From positions 189,138 through 253,137 of the IMG/VR virus record IMGVR_UViG_3300027759_000046: a DNA stretch of 64,000 nt. One strand, given 5' to 3'. The position numbers were made by a program, and so were the translations under genes. Shown here in pieces: positions 55,631-63,998 of the stretch (positions are counted from its first letter, which is position 1; each line of letters opens with the position of its first letter). A model generated the notes under the pieces. That model saw only the letters and a list, made by a program, of their open reading frames with translations, ran no database searches and was not told the DNA's origin.

Positions 55631-56364
55631 ATCAGTGAGTTAACGTCATCTGAAAAATCTTCTGGAGATTCTTCAGGCTTTATTACATCGGTGAGTCCAC
55701 GTTCGTTCATTACTTCAGTTTTTCTACCGGGGTGGGTTAAGTGTCGAGAGTCCTCTTCATCTTCAACCTCTTCAGCCGTTATCTCTTTAATTAAATTTTT
55801 TGTTCCTGCTGTGATGTAGTAATCGCTAGTTGAGGCAAGTAACGGAGTTACTGAACCAGATCCACCAGACGACTTTTGTTCAATATCACTATGCATCTTT
55901 TTATAAGTATCTTCCAGGAATAAGATATAGTTTGCTTGAGTTTTAATAACTGTTGTCAGCTTATCTTGTAATTGACCAAATACCTCAAATAGACGAGGGT
56001 GGGCATTACCTTGATTAATCTCCTCGGCAATTTTTTCAATTGCCATTCGAATCGTCTTTAACTGAAAGAAAATATTTTGGATATTTGTATTATCTAGATT
56101 CTGTTTTTGACGTAAGTAATCATGTTTGTCTAGAACACCTAGATCAACATAGAACTTTAACATTGATCCAGTAATATCCTTTGCCTGTTTTTCAAATTGA
56201 GAGTTCATCTCAACGAAATCTAACGGCGGGGCTGCTGCGATTTCTCCAAGCTGCTCGTCAACGATATCGTCTTCTCCATTTGGACCTGTTGAGTAACCTC
56301 GTAGGAGATCCTCTAACTCACTTTTGATTTGAGCTTTCTTTTGCTTATCGAATACTTGACTCAT
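55627..56364 (-). CDS. terminase small subunit (T4 gp16-like)
   Basis: HPRLFEVFGQL resembles the gp16-family HPRAYEV motif; immediately upstream of the large subunit. Confidence 0.7.
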   Translation of the reverse strand: MSQVFDKQKKAQIKSELEDLLRGYSTGPNGEDDIVDEQLGEIAAAPPLDFVEMNSQFEKQAKDITGSMLKFYVDLGVLDKHDYLRQKQNLDNTNIQNIFFQLKTIRMAIEKIAEEINQGNAHPRLFEVFGQLQDKLTTVIKTQANYILFLEDTYKKMHSDIEQKSSGGSGSVTPLLASTSDYYITAGTKNLIKEITAEEVEDEEDSRHLTHPGRKTEVMNERGLTDVIKPEESPEDFSDDVNSLI

Positions 56365-56370
56365 ATAATA

Positions 56371-56616
56371 TTAGTTTATGCGGTTTTCGTTTTTATCTAG
56401 TGCAGGATTAGCAAATATTTTGATCTGCTTAACTGCTTCAATGTGTTCGTAAATGTAGGTTTCAAGATAGCTCATGAAGCCGTCTAGTATTGGATTTGCA
56501 CCAAACATTTGGTTAGACAAAGTCTTCTTTAGAATTGAGTCTTTGTACTTAAAACCCAGATGCAGGCGTTTGTCCTTGCGATTGTATATTGTCCAGTAGA
56601 GAGAATTTCTTATCAT
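56371..56616 (-). CDS. hypothetical protein
   Basis: 81-aa ORF between the baseplate gene and terminase. Confidence 0.55.
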   Translation of the reverse strand: MIRNSLYWTIYNRKDKRLHLGFKYKDSILKKTLSNQMFGANPILDGFMSYLETYIYEHIEAVKQIKIFANPALDKNENRIN

Positions 56617-58301
56617 TATACGATTCCTAATTTTTTACGAACTACTTTCTGTGATTTAATTTCAATATTTAGTGCACCTAACGAGCCGTCAGATAGTCCA
56701 GTTTGATATGCATTACCGTTTCGATCGGACCAACCTCCTCTGATTACTGGGAATTCGGCTGATTTAATTATAATATCATTAAATTCGTCTAGTCCAACTC
56801 TATCAGTTTCACGTCTATTCGGCCTTTCCGTAAAAGCAACCTCATTCAGTTCAGATAGTATTGTGATGCTCACTGAGTCAACACCATTTACCTCCTCAAC
56901 TATTTTAATTAGATCACTCTTTGGAACACGGTCGTTTCGGTTAAGTTTAATAAAGTAGTTGCCGACTGCGTCTGAAATATCTGACTTAATAATATCATTT
57001 GAAACATCGTCAAATGCAATAACGCTGATGTTTAGCACGTATTTAGTAATAACTGGATCCAGCAAATTAATTTCACTTGAAATCATTTTTGTTCCAGAGC
57101 GTTCAATGTATTTTAGAAGCTCATTTTTTTGAAATTGAGTTAACGTGAATTTGGATAGAGCCAAGTTAAAATAGTCAGTTCCGGTTTTAAACATTTGCGA
57201 AACGTCTGGCACAAGAAATAAGTTAATCATTCTTGCGTCTAACTCATCTAGGAAAACTCTAATGGTTGAGAACATCTGCATTTTGTGAAGTAGAACTTCG
57301 TAATTATCAACGTTAACTAATGCAAAATTCTTTGATGCTTTTGGCGCGATTAATCGAGTTAAGGCAATCTCTTCAGGATCAACACCAAAACTTGGTGGAC
57401 TTACTGTGTAAATATCAAAATATTCATTAAGGTTTATCTCTTCTCCGATTGGAGAAAATGCAGTCTCAGCGAAAGTAAAGAATACTTGACTTGGATTATC
57501 AATTATGATATTTCCGCCAGCACCCTCTGATACTAAGTATTCAACAACGATTTCAGAACCGGCTGCTGGAATTTTACCAAATGAACCGTTTCCAAAATAG
57601 ATGTCTAATCCATTAGTTATCCCGGTTTTAGCAATGAAACCTTTTCCGCCGCGAGGCATGTCTAACATTGACTCGTATTTGGTCCATTGTTCTCCATTGA
57701 CATACACCTTAACCTTAAAATTATCGATGTAGTAATTATTTGGAAAACCTAACTGGTAACTCTCAAGAGCTTGGCCCTTTCCAGTAAAAGTTTGGGTCTC
57801 AATTTGACCTTGTCGCAGGCTAAAAACTGTTGGGGGTTCATTGCCTGTCAAGTTTAATCGGATTTCATCTTGCGGTAATTCAATAACGTAGGTTAGGCCG
57901 TTATTATCGCAAGTTACCTTGAACAGATCGTTTAATAGGGCTTTATTAACGGGTGGAGTTATTCCAGGTTTTCTAACTACTCTGATCTGGGCAGTTGCGC
58001 CAATTGCACGGCTTGGATTGTGGCCTGCTAAACTTGCTAATGAATAGATTGAAGATGGTCGAGTTGCCTCATTGATATTCAACTCAGTAATTGAGTCTTC
58101 AATATAATAAAATATTAATTGGCTTAAGTTTTCAAAAACAATCAACAACTGACCAAATGGCGAAGCTGCCGTAAAGATGGTCTTTGCCTGCTTGAAACGA
58201 TTCTGCAAGAATGTGATTGATTCTCCCAAGATATCGTTTATTCGGATCTTTAGGCTCGTGAAGAGTCTAAGTGATGTATTTTGACTTGATAGGTTTGCCA
58301 T
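56616..58301 (-). CDS. baseplate wedge subunit (T4 gp6-like)
   Basis: SIYSLASLAGHNP, IYFGNGSFGKIP..G..IVVEYLVSEGAGGN and ALVNVDNY. Confidence 0.88.
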   Translation of the reverse strand: MANLSSQNTSLRLFTSLKIRINDILGESITFLQNRFKQAKTIFTAASPFGQLLIVFENLSQLIFYYIEDSITELNINEATRPSSIYSLASLAGHNPSRAIGATAQIRVVRKPGITPPVNKALLNDLFKVTCDNNGLTYVIELPQDEIRLNLTGNEPPTVFSLRQGQIETQTFTGKGQALESYQLGFPNNYYIDNFKVKVYVNGEQWTKYESMLDMPRGGKGFIAKTGITNGLDIYFGNGSFGKIPAAGSEIVVEYLVSEGAGGNIIIDNPSQVFFTFAETAFSPIGEEINLNEYFDIYTVSPPSFGVDPEEIALTRLIAPKASKNFALVNVDNYEVLLHKMQMFSTIRVFLDELDARMINLFLVPDVSQMFKTGTDYFNLALSKFTLTQFQKNELLKYIERSGTKMISSEINLLDPVITKYVLNISVIAFDDVSNDIIKSDISDAVGNYFIKLNRNDRVPKSDLIKIVEEVNGVDSVSITILSELNEVAFTERPNRRETDRVGLDEFNDIIIKSAEFPVIRGGWSDRNGNAYQTGLSDGSLGALNIEIKSQKVVRKKLGIV

Positions 58302-58401
58302 CGGTAACGGACTTCTTTTTGATTATTTATCAGCCCAATCTTTTCTTTGCAAAACCATGACCTTGGATAAATACTTTTAGTATAATACTTTTATACTACA
58401 T

Positions 58402-58770
58402 GGGGGTGCTTGGATTTGACGCGGATGGTTCAAGTATGCTCGCACGCCGAGGATGATGCTAAGACTCGCTAAAACGTATCAAAACGATAAGTGGAAACAC
58501 TAACTTCTGGAGCCTAGTTAACGCTGGCGTTAGCACTCCGGTTACTGAAGAGCTTTTAGCTGCATAAGTAACCAAGCGGCAACTGCTTGACCGAACCAAA
58601 GTTGCAAAACCAGCATGGCGTAGCGGCCAAGTCTAACCGTTACCGACTTTTAGCTCTAAGTCGTTAAAGAATGAGATAGTTGGTCCAGTTAGAAAATGGG
58701 ACTAAGCGTGTGAACGAGAGTTTACTCGAAAATCTTGCGGACACGGGTTCGACTCCCGTCACCTCCACCA
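58402..58770 (+). ncRNA. ssrA: tmRNA
   Basis: 5' GGGGGTG pairs with 3' CACCTCC-ACCA with a G3:U wobble; GGATTTGAC 5' motif; T-arm CGGGTTCGACTCCCG; tag ORF 58493-58567 GNTNFWSLVNAGVSTPVTEELLAA*. Confidence 0.96.
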
Positions 58771-58777
58771 TGTCTTA

Positions 58778-58802
58778 AAGGCTTCCATTACGGAAGCCTT
58801 TT
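58778..58802 (+). terminator. intrinsic terminator after tmRNA
   Basis: AAAGGCTTCC-ATTAC-GGAAGCCTTTT. Confidence 0.85.
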
Positions 58803-58834
58803 CTTTTTAGACAGCCTGATTGATAAATAAGAGT

Positions 58835-59587
58835 ATGAAGGCACTTAACACCGACGATATTTTTTTAAGGAATTTAACAATAGCTCTACTTGATCTCCTG
58901 AATGGATCAATGACACTTTCTCTGTCTAGAGACGATCATAAAGAGACATTCTCTGTTCCATTTCTCTATAATTTTGGAACTGATGAGGGTTTCTTAAAGG
59001 ATTTTTATATTGGACTCCCAGACAACTGTCAAATCCCAGTAGCCGAAGGCACTTACGATATTATTCCAAGAGGAATTGTTACCCTAGGATCATTTCAGGT
59101 AAAATCATCAGATATTACAAATCGATTCATTCGTGGACAGTACTCCGAATTGGAACGCGGACCAAACGATCAAAACGTTTTAACTGGATATTCTGCTCAA
59201 CTCTATTCTCTACCAATGTCAGTTAAGTTTGACGTAAAGATTATTTGCGATAACTTAAATAAAGCATTCAAGATTGCTGAGAGAATGTTAGACATTAATT
59301 ACGCAAATCGTGTAATGTATTTTCAATACAATGGAGTTCGTATTCCGGCTCAATTCCAGTTTCCAACAAATGAAACGGTTGACAAGGTTTACAAATTTAC
59401 AATGAATGAAAATAACAAGATCAATGTGAGTCTTTCAATTGATGTTGAGACCTATTTCCCAAGCTTTGAGCAGAGTTCTAAGAGGCTTAGCACAAATGTT
59501 ATGGAAAGAGTTAATATCAATAAAAAGGACGATACTGGAAATAATATGACAAGCAGTTGGGTTGATCAAAATACACCTATCATTTAA
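58835..59587 (+). CDS. tail terminator/sheath stabiliser (T4 gp15-like)
   Basis: VPFLY, IPRG and PMSVKFDVKIICDNLNKAFKIAERM pattern; GATAAATAA at 58822. Confidence 0.7.
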   Translation: MKALNTDDIFLRNLTIALLDLLNGSMTLSLSRDDHKETFSVPFLYNFGTDEGFLKDFYIGLPDNCQIPVAEGTYDIIPRGIVTLGSFQVKSSDITNRFIRGQYSELERGPNDQNVLTGYSAQLYSLPMSVKFDVKIICDNLNKAFKIAERMLDINYANRVMYFQYNGVRIPAQFQFPTNETVDKVYKFTMNENNKINVSLSIDVETYFPSFEQSSKRLSTNVMERVNINKKDDTGNNMTSSWVDQNTPII

Positions 59588-60369
59588 TGAAGTACTTATT
59601 AGAATTTAAAACATTTACAATTACTGAAGGCGGTAACGCTTTTCCTGATGCACAAAGCCTTGATCGTGGCGCGGTTGAACCGGCTTTTGCTAAATTCCAA
59701 GATGCAATGTCAAATGTATTTGGCAAAGCTGAACTTGAATTAATTGGTTCATGGAAACAAAAAGAAGTATCTGGTGATCTAGATACTCTATTCTATTCTG
59801 ACTTAACTCTTCCTGAGATCTCAGCAAAAGTTCAAGAAGCAGGATACGAAACCAAGATATTTTATGGATTTAATATTGTGTCCGTTAAATTTGAAATTTC
59901 ACCAGAGCATTTTGTTCAATTTGATATGTTCGTTAGGCCGATGGACACCAACCGTGATGTAAACGATTTGTTCTATAAATCAACTGATGAAGAACGGTAT
60001 TCAACAAAGCATCGTGTCTTTTTGATCTTTTGTGCGCTAGATTCTATGAAGTTTGATAAGATTGAAAAAGACGGTGTGTTAACTCATTTTAAAGGTTATA
60101 TGCTTCGACCTGACGGTCTCTATCAATTCACGAAAGAGATGAAGAAGATTAATTATAAGATTATGGATCGCCAAAAGTTAACCGACGACCTTGATCAAAT
60201 TTCGTTGATCTTATTTGGTAAAGTCTATCCGTATCAACAATGGAATACTTACGAAAAGACTCTCACCTTGCTTGAGAAGAATCCTAAATTAGACATGAAG
60301 ACTATTCTTGACGAATATCGTGCTAAATTGGATGAAGAAGGTCTTGTGGTTCCAGGTGGAATCAGTTAA
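59587..60369 (+). CDS. Pol-beta-superfamily nucleotidyltransferase, leader-tagged
   Basis: MKYLLEFKTFTITEGGN; LIGS..SGDLD..VQFD. Confidence 0.78.
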   Translation: MKYLLEFKTFTITEGGNAFPDAQSLDRGAVEPAFAKFQDAMSNVFGKAELELIGSWKQKEVSGDLDTLFYSDLTLPEISAKVQEAGYETKIFYGFNIVSVKFEISPEHFVQFDMFVRPMDTNRDVNDLFYKSTDEERYSTKHRVFLIFCALDSMKFDKIEKDGVLTHFKGYMLRPDGLYQFTKEMKKINYKIMDRQKLTDDLDQISLILFGKVYPYQQWNTYEKTLTLLEKNPKLDMKTILDEYRAKLDEEGLVVPGGIS

Positions 60370-60980
60370 TCAAATTCCAATTCCAAATCAAAATTGAAAT
60401 ACTTAAAATCTACAGTAAATGTCTGAAATTGTGGAGTAACTGACGAGTACGATAGAGTTATTGCACTCATTTGAGTAATCATTGGTCGGTTAAAGATAAT
60501 TGAACTTACTCCATACCCTTCATTATTTAAAAGAGTTAATCTGATCGGGCTAAAATACGGATGGTTGCCGTGTCTGATTGGACTATTTGTTAGAGCTTGA
60601 CCCAACGAATTGCCTGTATTCTTTTCGCTTGTGTTTGCAGGCTCAAGGTAATTAAGTAACGTATCCATCATGATGAAATAGTTTAAGTAGGCATCAGTTA
60701 ACTTAAAAGTTAATTTAAGATCCCTATTAAACATGTCAGCAATGGGCTTTGAAGATTGAACTTCTTGTATTTTACCAAGAGTTCTGGTCTGAGTCGGCAA
60801 TTGGCTTGTTAATCCAGGAAAGGTTACGCTCTGAATAGTTGATGCCATAAAATCTGAAATTGATTTATACGGCAATAACAGATTACGATAGTATTTCTCA
60901 TACTTCGCATTGACCGCATCATTAAAGAAATCTTGCGGTAAATTAACTAAAAAGCTGTTCTGTCTAGAATTAAGTATCAT
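60366..60980 (-). CDS. tail tube/tail completion protein (T4 gp3/gp19-like)
   Basis: IQSVTFPG..LKLTFKLTDAYLNY..FTVDFKY. Confidence 0.65.
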   Translation of the reverse strand: MILNSRQNSFLVNLPQDFFNDAVNAKYEKYYRNLLLPYKSISDFMASTIQSVTFPGLTSQLPTQTRTLGKIQEVQSSKPIADMFNRDLKLTFKLTDAYLNYFIMMDTLLNYLEPANTSEKNTGNSLGQALTNSPIRHGNHPYFSPIRLTLLNNEGYGVSSIIFNRPMITQMSAITLSYSSVTPQFQTFTVDFKYFNFDLELEFD

Positions 60981-60990
60981 ACAGAATTAT

Positions 60991-63333
60991 CTATATGAGG
61001 CCGAGAGCGGTCTTTATTTTATCAATTACCGTTGATGTTTTGATTGTTCTAGAGCACTCAAACATTCGGTGAGTTCCTTTGTGTACTGGACACCAGTTCC
61101 AATCAGCCGGATCAAGCTTGTGAGTATTGAAACAGCCTGAACATTTGCCGGCTGGTGCACAAACTCTATGAGTGTTCTCAACCGTTTCGGTGTAATCATA
61201 CGAGAATCCTGAAATAAGGACAAGTGGGGTCGTGGTTGCCCAAGCCAACCAGCTTAGTCCACTACCAATTCCTACAAAGACTTGAGACTCTTCAAGTTCA
61301 CGAATGACATTCTCGATTGGACCTGACGCTAATTTGCGAACGCTAGTTGGATGAGAATTACCCATGAAGCCATCTTCTTCTCTTGACACCAGCACTACTT
61401 CATAACCGGTTTCCTTACACCAGTCAACTACTTCTTGCCAGCCGTCTGGATTATTCCAGTATTTTGCTTGGCATGTGCCGTGAATTGCGATTGCGATCTG
61501 TTTTTTCTTTTCAACCTTTGGAATCGCAAGTAGAGGTTTAGTCTCTTTATACTCAAGACCCAAGATATCAAATGCACATTTTTGCATTGCCTGATCCTTG
61601 ACTTCTTTGACGTTTCGGTTTAGATCAATTTTATGATCTTGATCGTAATACCAGCCAATATTGTACATTGCAACAATATTATCAACAACATCGCCAGGTT
61701 TAATGAACTCAATTTCCGGATACTGTTTTTCAAAAAGTTGGTTTAGATGAGTTGAACAAATTACCTTGCAACCGTGCTTCTTACGAAACTCTTCAACTGC
61801 TGGAAACCAGGCCAAACTATCGCCAAGAGAAGATGAATCTACTGAAATATAGACTCTACGATCTTTTAGGCTAATTGACTCGTCTAGGACAAGTTGACCG
61901 CTTTCTTTGTGAGTTACCTTAACTCTCCAATCAATATAGTATCGCTTATTTGACTTGACCCACATATTACGGGTGATTGTGTCCTTGTGCTCGACCTTGC
62001 CAGTTTTCTTATTAATAAACTCAACTAAGTATTCGCCTGGGGCTCCCCCAGTTATCTCTACGTGTGGTCCATTTACGAAATGATAGTTAATAGTCAAGTC
62101 TTTTGCACGCTTTAGATTCACCTCTCTGATGTGACTTGAACGTTCATCAATATGATCAGCTGCAAGCCGTGCAACTCTATCCCAGTTAAAATCTTGATGG
62201 ATCTTTTGAGCATCAGCTAGCGCCTTCTCCTTATGTGATTTATAATTTAAGTAGGCATCTCTCATTGCTCTACGTAAGTCGTTAAAATCAGGCTCATAAT
62301 AATTGCCAACGATATCTGCAGTAGTTACGGTCGGTTTATCTTCCGCTGAGCCAAGCGCTGAGCGTTCGCCAACAATTTTGACTGGAATACCTTTGCCTTC
62401 AGCAAACTCCATTTGGCCTGAGCACTCTGAATAGATTGATGGAGTTCCGCAAGCCATTGCCTCGATTAGTGGCAGATTCCAGCCTTCACTACGCGCACAT
62501 GATACAAATACGTTAACTGACTTGATTAGGTCAACGTACTCTTTTCTTGGCGGCATGTGTAATACTTTAATACGGTCGTCTTTGAATTCGTATTTTGCTA
62601 AGCGCTCTTCGGTTGTTTGACAACCGTCTGCACTAAAGCCCCATGGATTATCAGCAGATAAGATTAGATCTACAGGTTCGTCCGCTGAAAATTCTTCCAA
62701 GAAAGCTCTAACTATTTCGGTTGTAGATTTGCGGTAATCCCAACGACCGAATAGGCCGAATGTAAATCGGTCTTCTCCGGTTAATGGATGAACGACATTT
62801 TCAGGAAAGAATGTCTCAATATCAACTCCTTCTGGGATTACAAATATTTTATCAGCTGGGTAGCCCTGTTTGACTGTGCAATCTCGTTGCCATTTAGACG
62901 GAACCCAAACTTCATCAAATTCTAATAACTTATCAAAGAACTCTGATGGCTGTAGCGTTGATTCCCAAACGTTATAGGCAATCTTGTAATTATCGTAATT
63001 GTGATAAAAGTAATGATGATTAGTTTCGTTTAGAATTAGGTCGACATGAGTCTGGCCGAGGTTTGGCCAAGATTGATATACTTTATGATCGCTAAGAGTA
63101 CGATCTCCATTCCATAGAGATTGCTCAACAAGTAAAGACTTGATCTGATCTGTCATATACGCCTCACCATTATGAGGTTCGTCAGACATACCCTCCCACG
63201 AAGATCCTACTGTGTAGTTTCGGATTTCAAGAGGAAGCCTCTCTGCTAATTTTGTGAAAAATGATTGAGCATGATTATTATAACCGGTATTGCCAATAAA
63301 AGATGTGTGGACCTTGAGTTTTAACTTTGACAC
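60991..63333 (-). CDS. GT4 glycosyltransferase fused to Aah/TibC-like O-heptosyltransferase domain
   Basis: EGWNLPLIEAMACG (GT4); SLGDSLAWFP, GIGSGLSWLAW and CSGCFN..WCPVHKGT.RMFECSRTI (Aah/TibC Cys ligands). Confidence 0.88.
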   Translation of the reverse strand: MSKLKLKVHTSFIGNTGYNNHAQSFFTKLAERLPLEIRNYTVGSSWEGMSDEPHNGEAYMTDQIKSLLVEQSLWNGDRTLSDHKVYQSWPNLGQTHVDLILNETNHHYFYHNYDNYKIAYNVWESTLQPSEFFDKLLEFDEVWVPSKWQRDCTVKQGYPADKIFVIPEGVDIETFFPENVVHPLTGEDRFTFGLFGRWDYRKSTTEIVRAFLEEFSADEPVDLILSADNPWGFSADGCQTTEERLAKYEFKDDRIKVLHMPPRKEYVDLIKSVNVFVSCARSEGWNLPLIEAMACGTPSIYSECSGQMEFAEGKGIPVKIVGERSALGSAEDKPTVTTADIVGNYYEPDFNDLRRAMRDAYLNYKSHKEKALADAQKIHQDFNWDRVARLAADHIDERSSHIREVNLKRAKDLTINYHFVNGPHVEITGGAPGEYLVEFINKKTGKVEHKDTITRNMWVKSNKRYYIDWRVKVTHKESGQLVLDESISLKDRRVYISVDSSSLGDSLAWFPAVEEFRKKHGCKVICSTHLNQLFEKQYPEIEFIKPGDVVDNIVAMYNIGWYYDQDHKIDLNRNVKEVKDQAMQKCAFDILGLEYKETKPLLAIPKVEKKKQIAIAIHGTCQAKYWNNPDGWQEVVDWCKETGYEVVLVSREEDGFMGNSHPTSVRKLASGPIENVIRELEESQVFVGIGSGLSWLAWATTTPLVLISGFSYDYTETVENTHRVCAPAGKCSGCFNTHKLDPADWNWCPVHKGTHRMFECSRTIKTSTVIDKIKTALGLI

Positions 63334-63378
63334 AGAATAGGGTGTTTATAAGCTTATACTCAAGGTCCTCATCAGGTT

Positions 63379-63783
63379 TTATTCGCAAGGGGTAAACCTA
63401 GCAATCATTCCTCCACCGTCATACTGGAAAGAATATCCGCCTATTTCCGAGTCTGACTCAACGTAATAGTATTGGCCCTGCTGTAAGTTTTCAAACGGCA
63501 TAGATACTTCGGCATCGAGCCATATTCCAGAAAAGCCGTCGTCAATATACAATCTGCCCGGGTCAACTGGTATTCCGTTTTTATTGGTTGAGCATGCCGA
63601 ACCAACATCCAAGAATCCTCCATTGCCTGGAATCATTCCGAATAGCACAACCACATAAGAGTCACCGCCGCCACTAACACCAGTTAAGTCGACGCCGATC
63701 ACATTTGAGCTGTTTTGGAGAGAGGCCCCGCTTAGTTCAACTCCGTTGCTTAAGTCTACTCCGTTAATGTTTACCTTAGCCAT
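63379..63783 (-). CDS. putative virion-associated protein
   Basis: 134-aa Gly-rich beta protein starting MAKVNINGVD. Confidence 0.5.
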   Translation of the reverse strand: MAKVNINGVDLSNGVELSGASLQNSSNVIGVDLTGVSGGGDSYVVVLFGMIPGNGGFLDVGSACSTNKNGIPVDPGRLYIDDGFSGIWLDAEVSMPFENLQQGQYYYVESDSEIGGYSFQYDGGGMIARFTPCE

Positions 63784-63797
63784 TTATATTCCATTTT

Positions 63798-63998
63798 TTA
63801 AGGCAATCTAACCCAAGTGTTATCCGGCCAGAATCTTAATATTGGCCAGTCCATTGAGAATACGTAACCGATAATTCTGACATATTCACCTGAGCCAGTT
63901 GGCGGAACTATATCGATCTCACCTGGTGTAGTCTGCATGTACATAGGCTTGCCATTAATATAACCATTTCCATTGCACTGTTCGTTTTGAGCAAAGCC
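63798..63998 (-). CDS. C-terminal fragment of a phage structural (fibre/decoration-like) protein, truncated by the window edge
   Basis: manual translation ...GKPMYMQTTPGEIDIVPPTGSGEYVRIIGYVFSMDWPILRFWPDNTWVRLP*. Confidence 0.6.
   Translation of the reverse strand, partial: GFAQNEQCNGNGYINGKPMYMQTTPGEIDIVPPTGSGEYVRIIGYVFSMDWPILRFWPDNTWVRLP

Noticed and set aside
58741-58770. Stand-alone tRNA
   Set aside because: The T-arm and CCA belong to the tmRNA tRNA-like domain; there is no anticodon arm.
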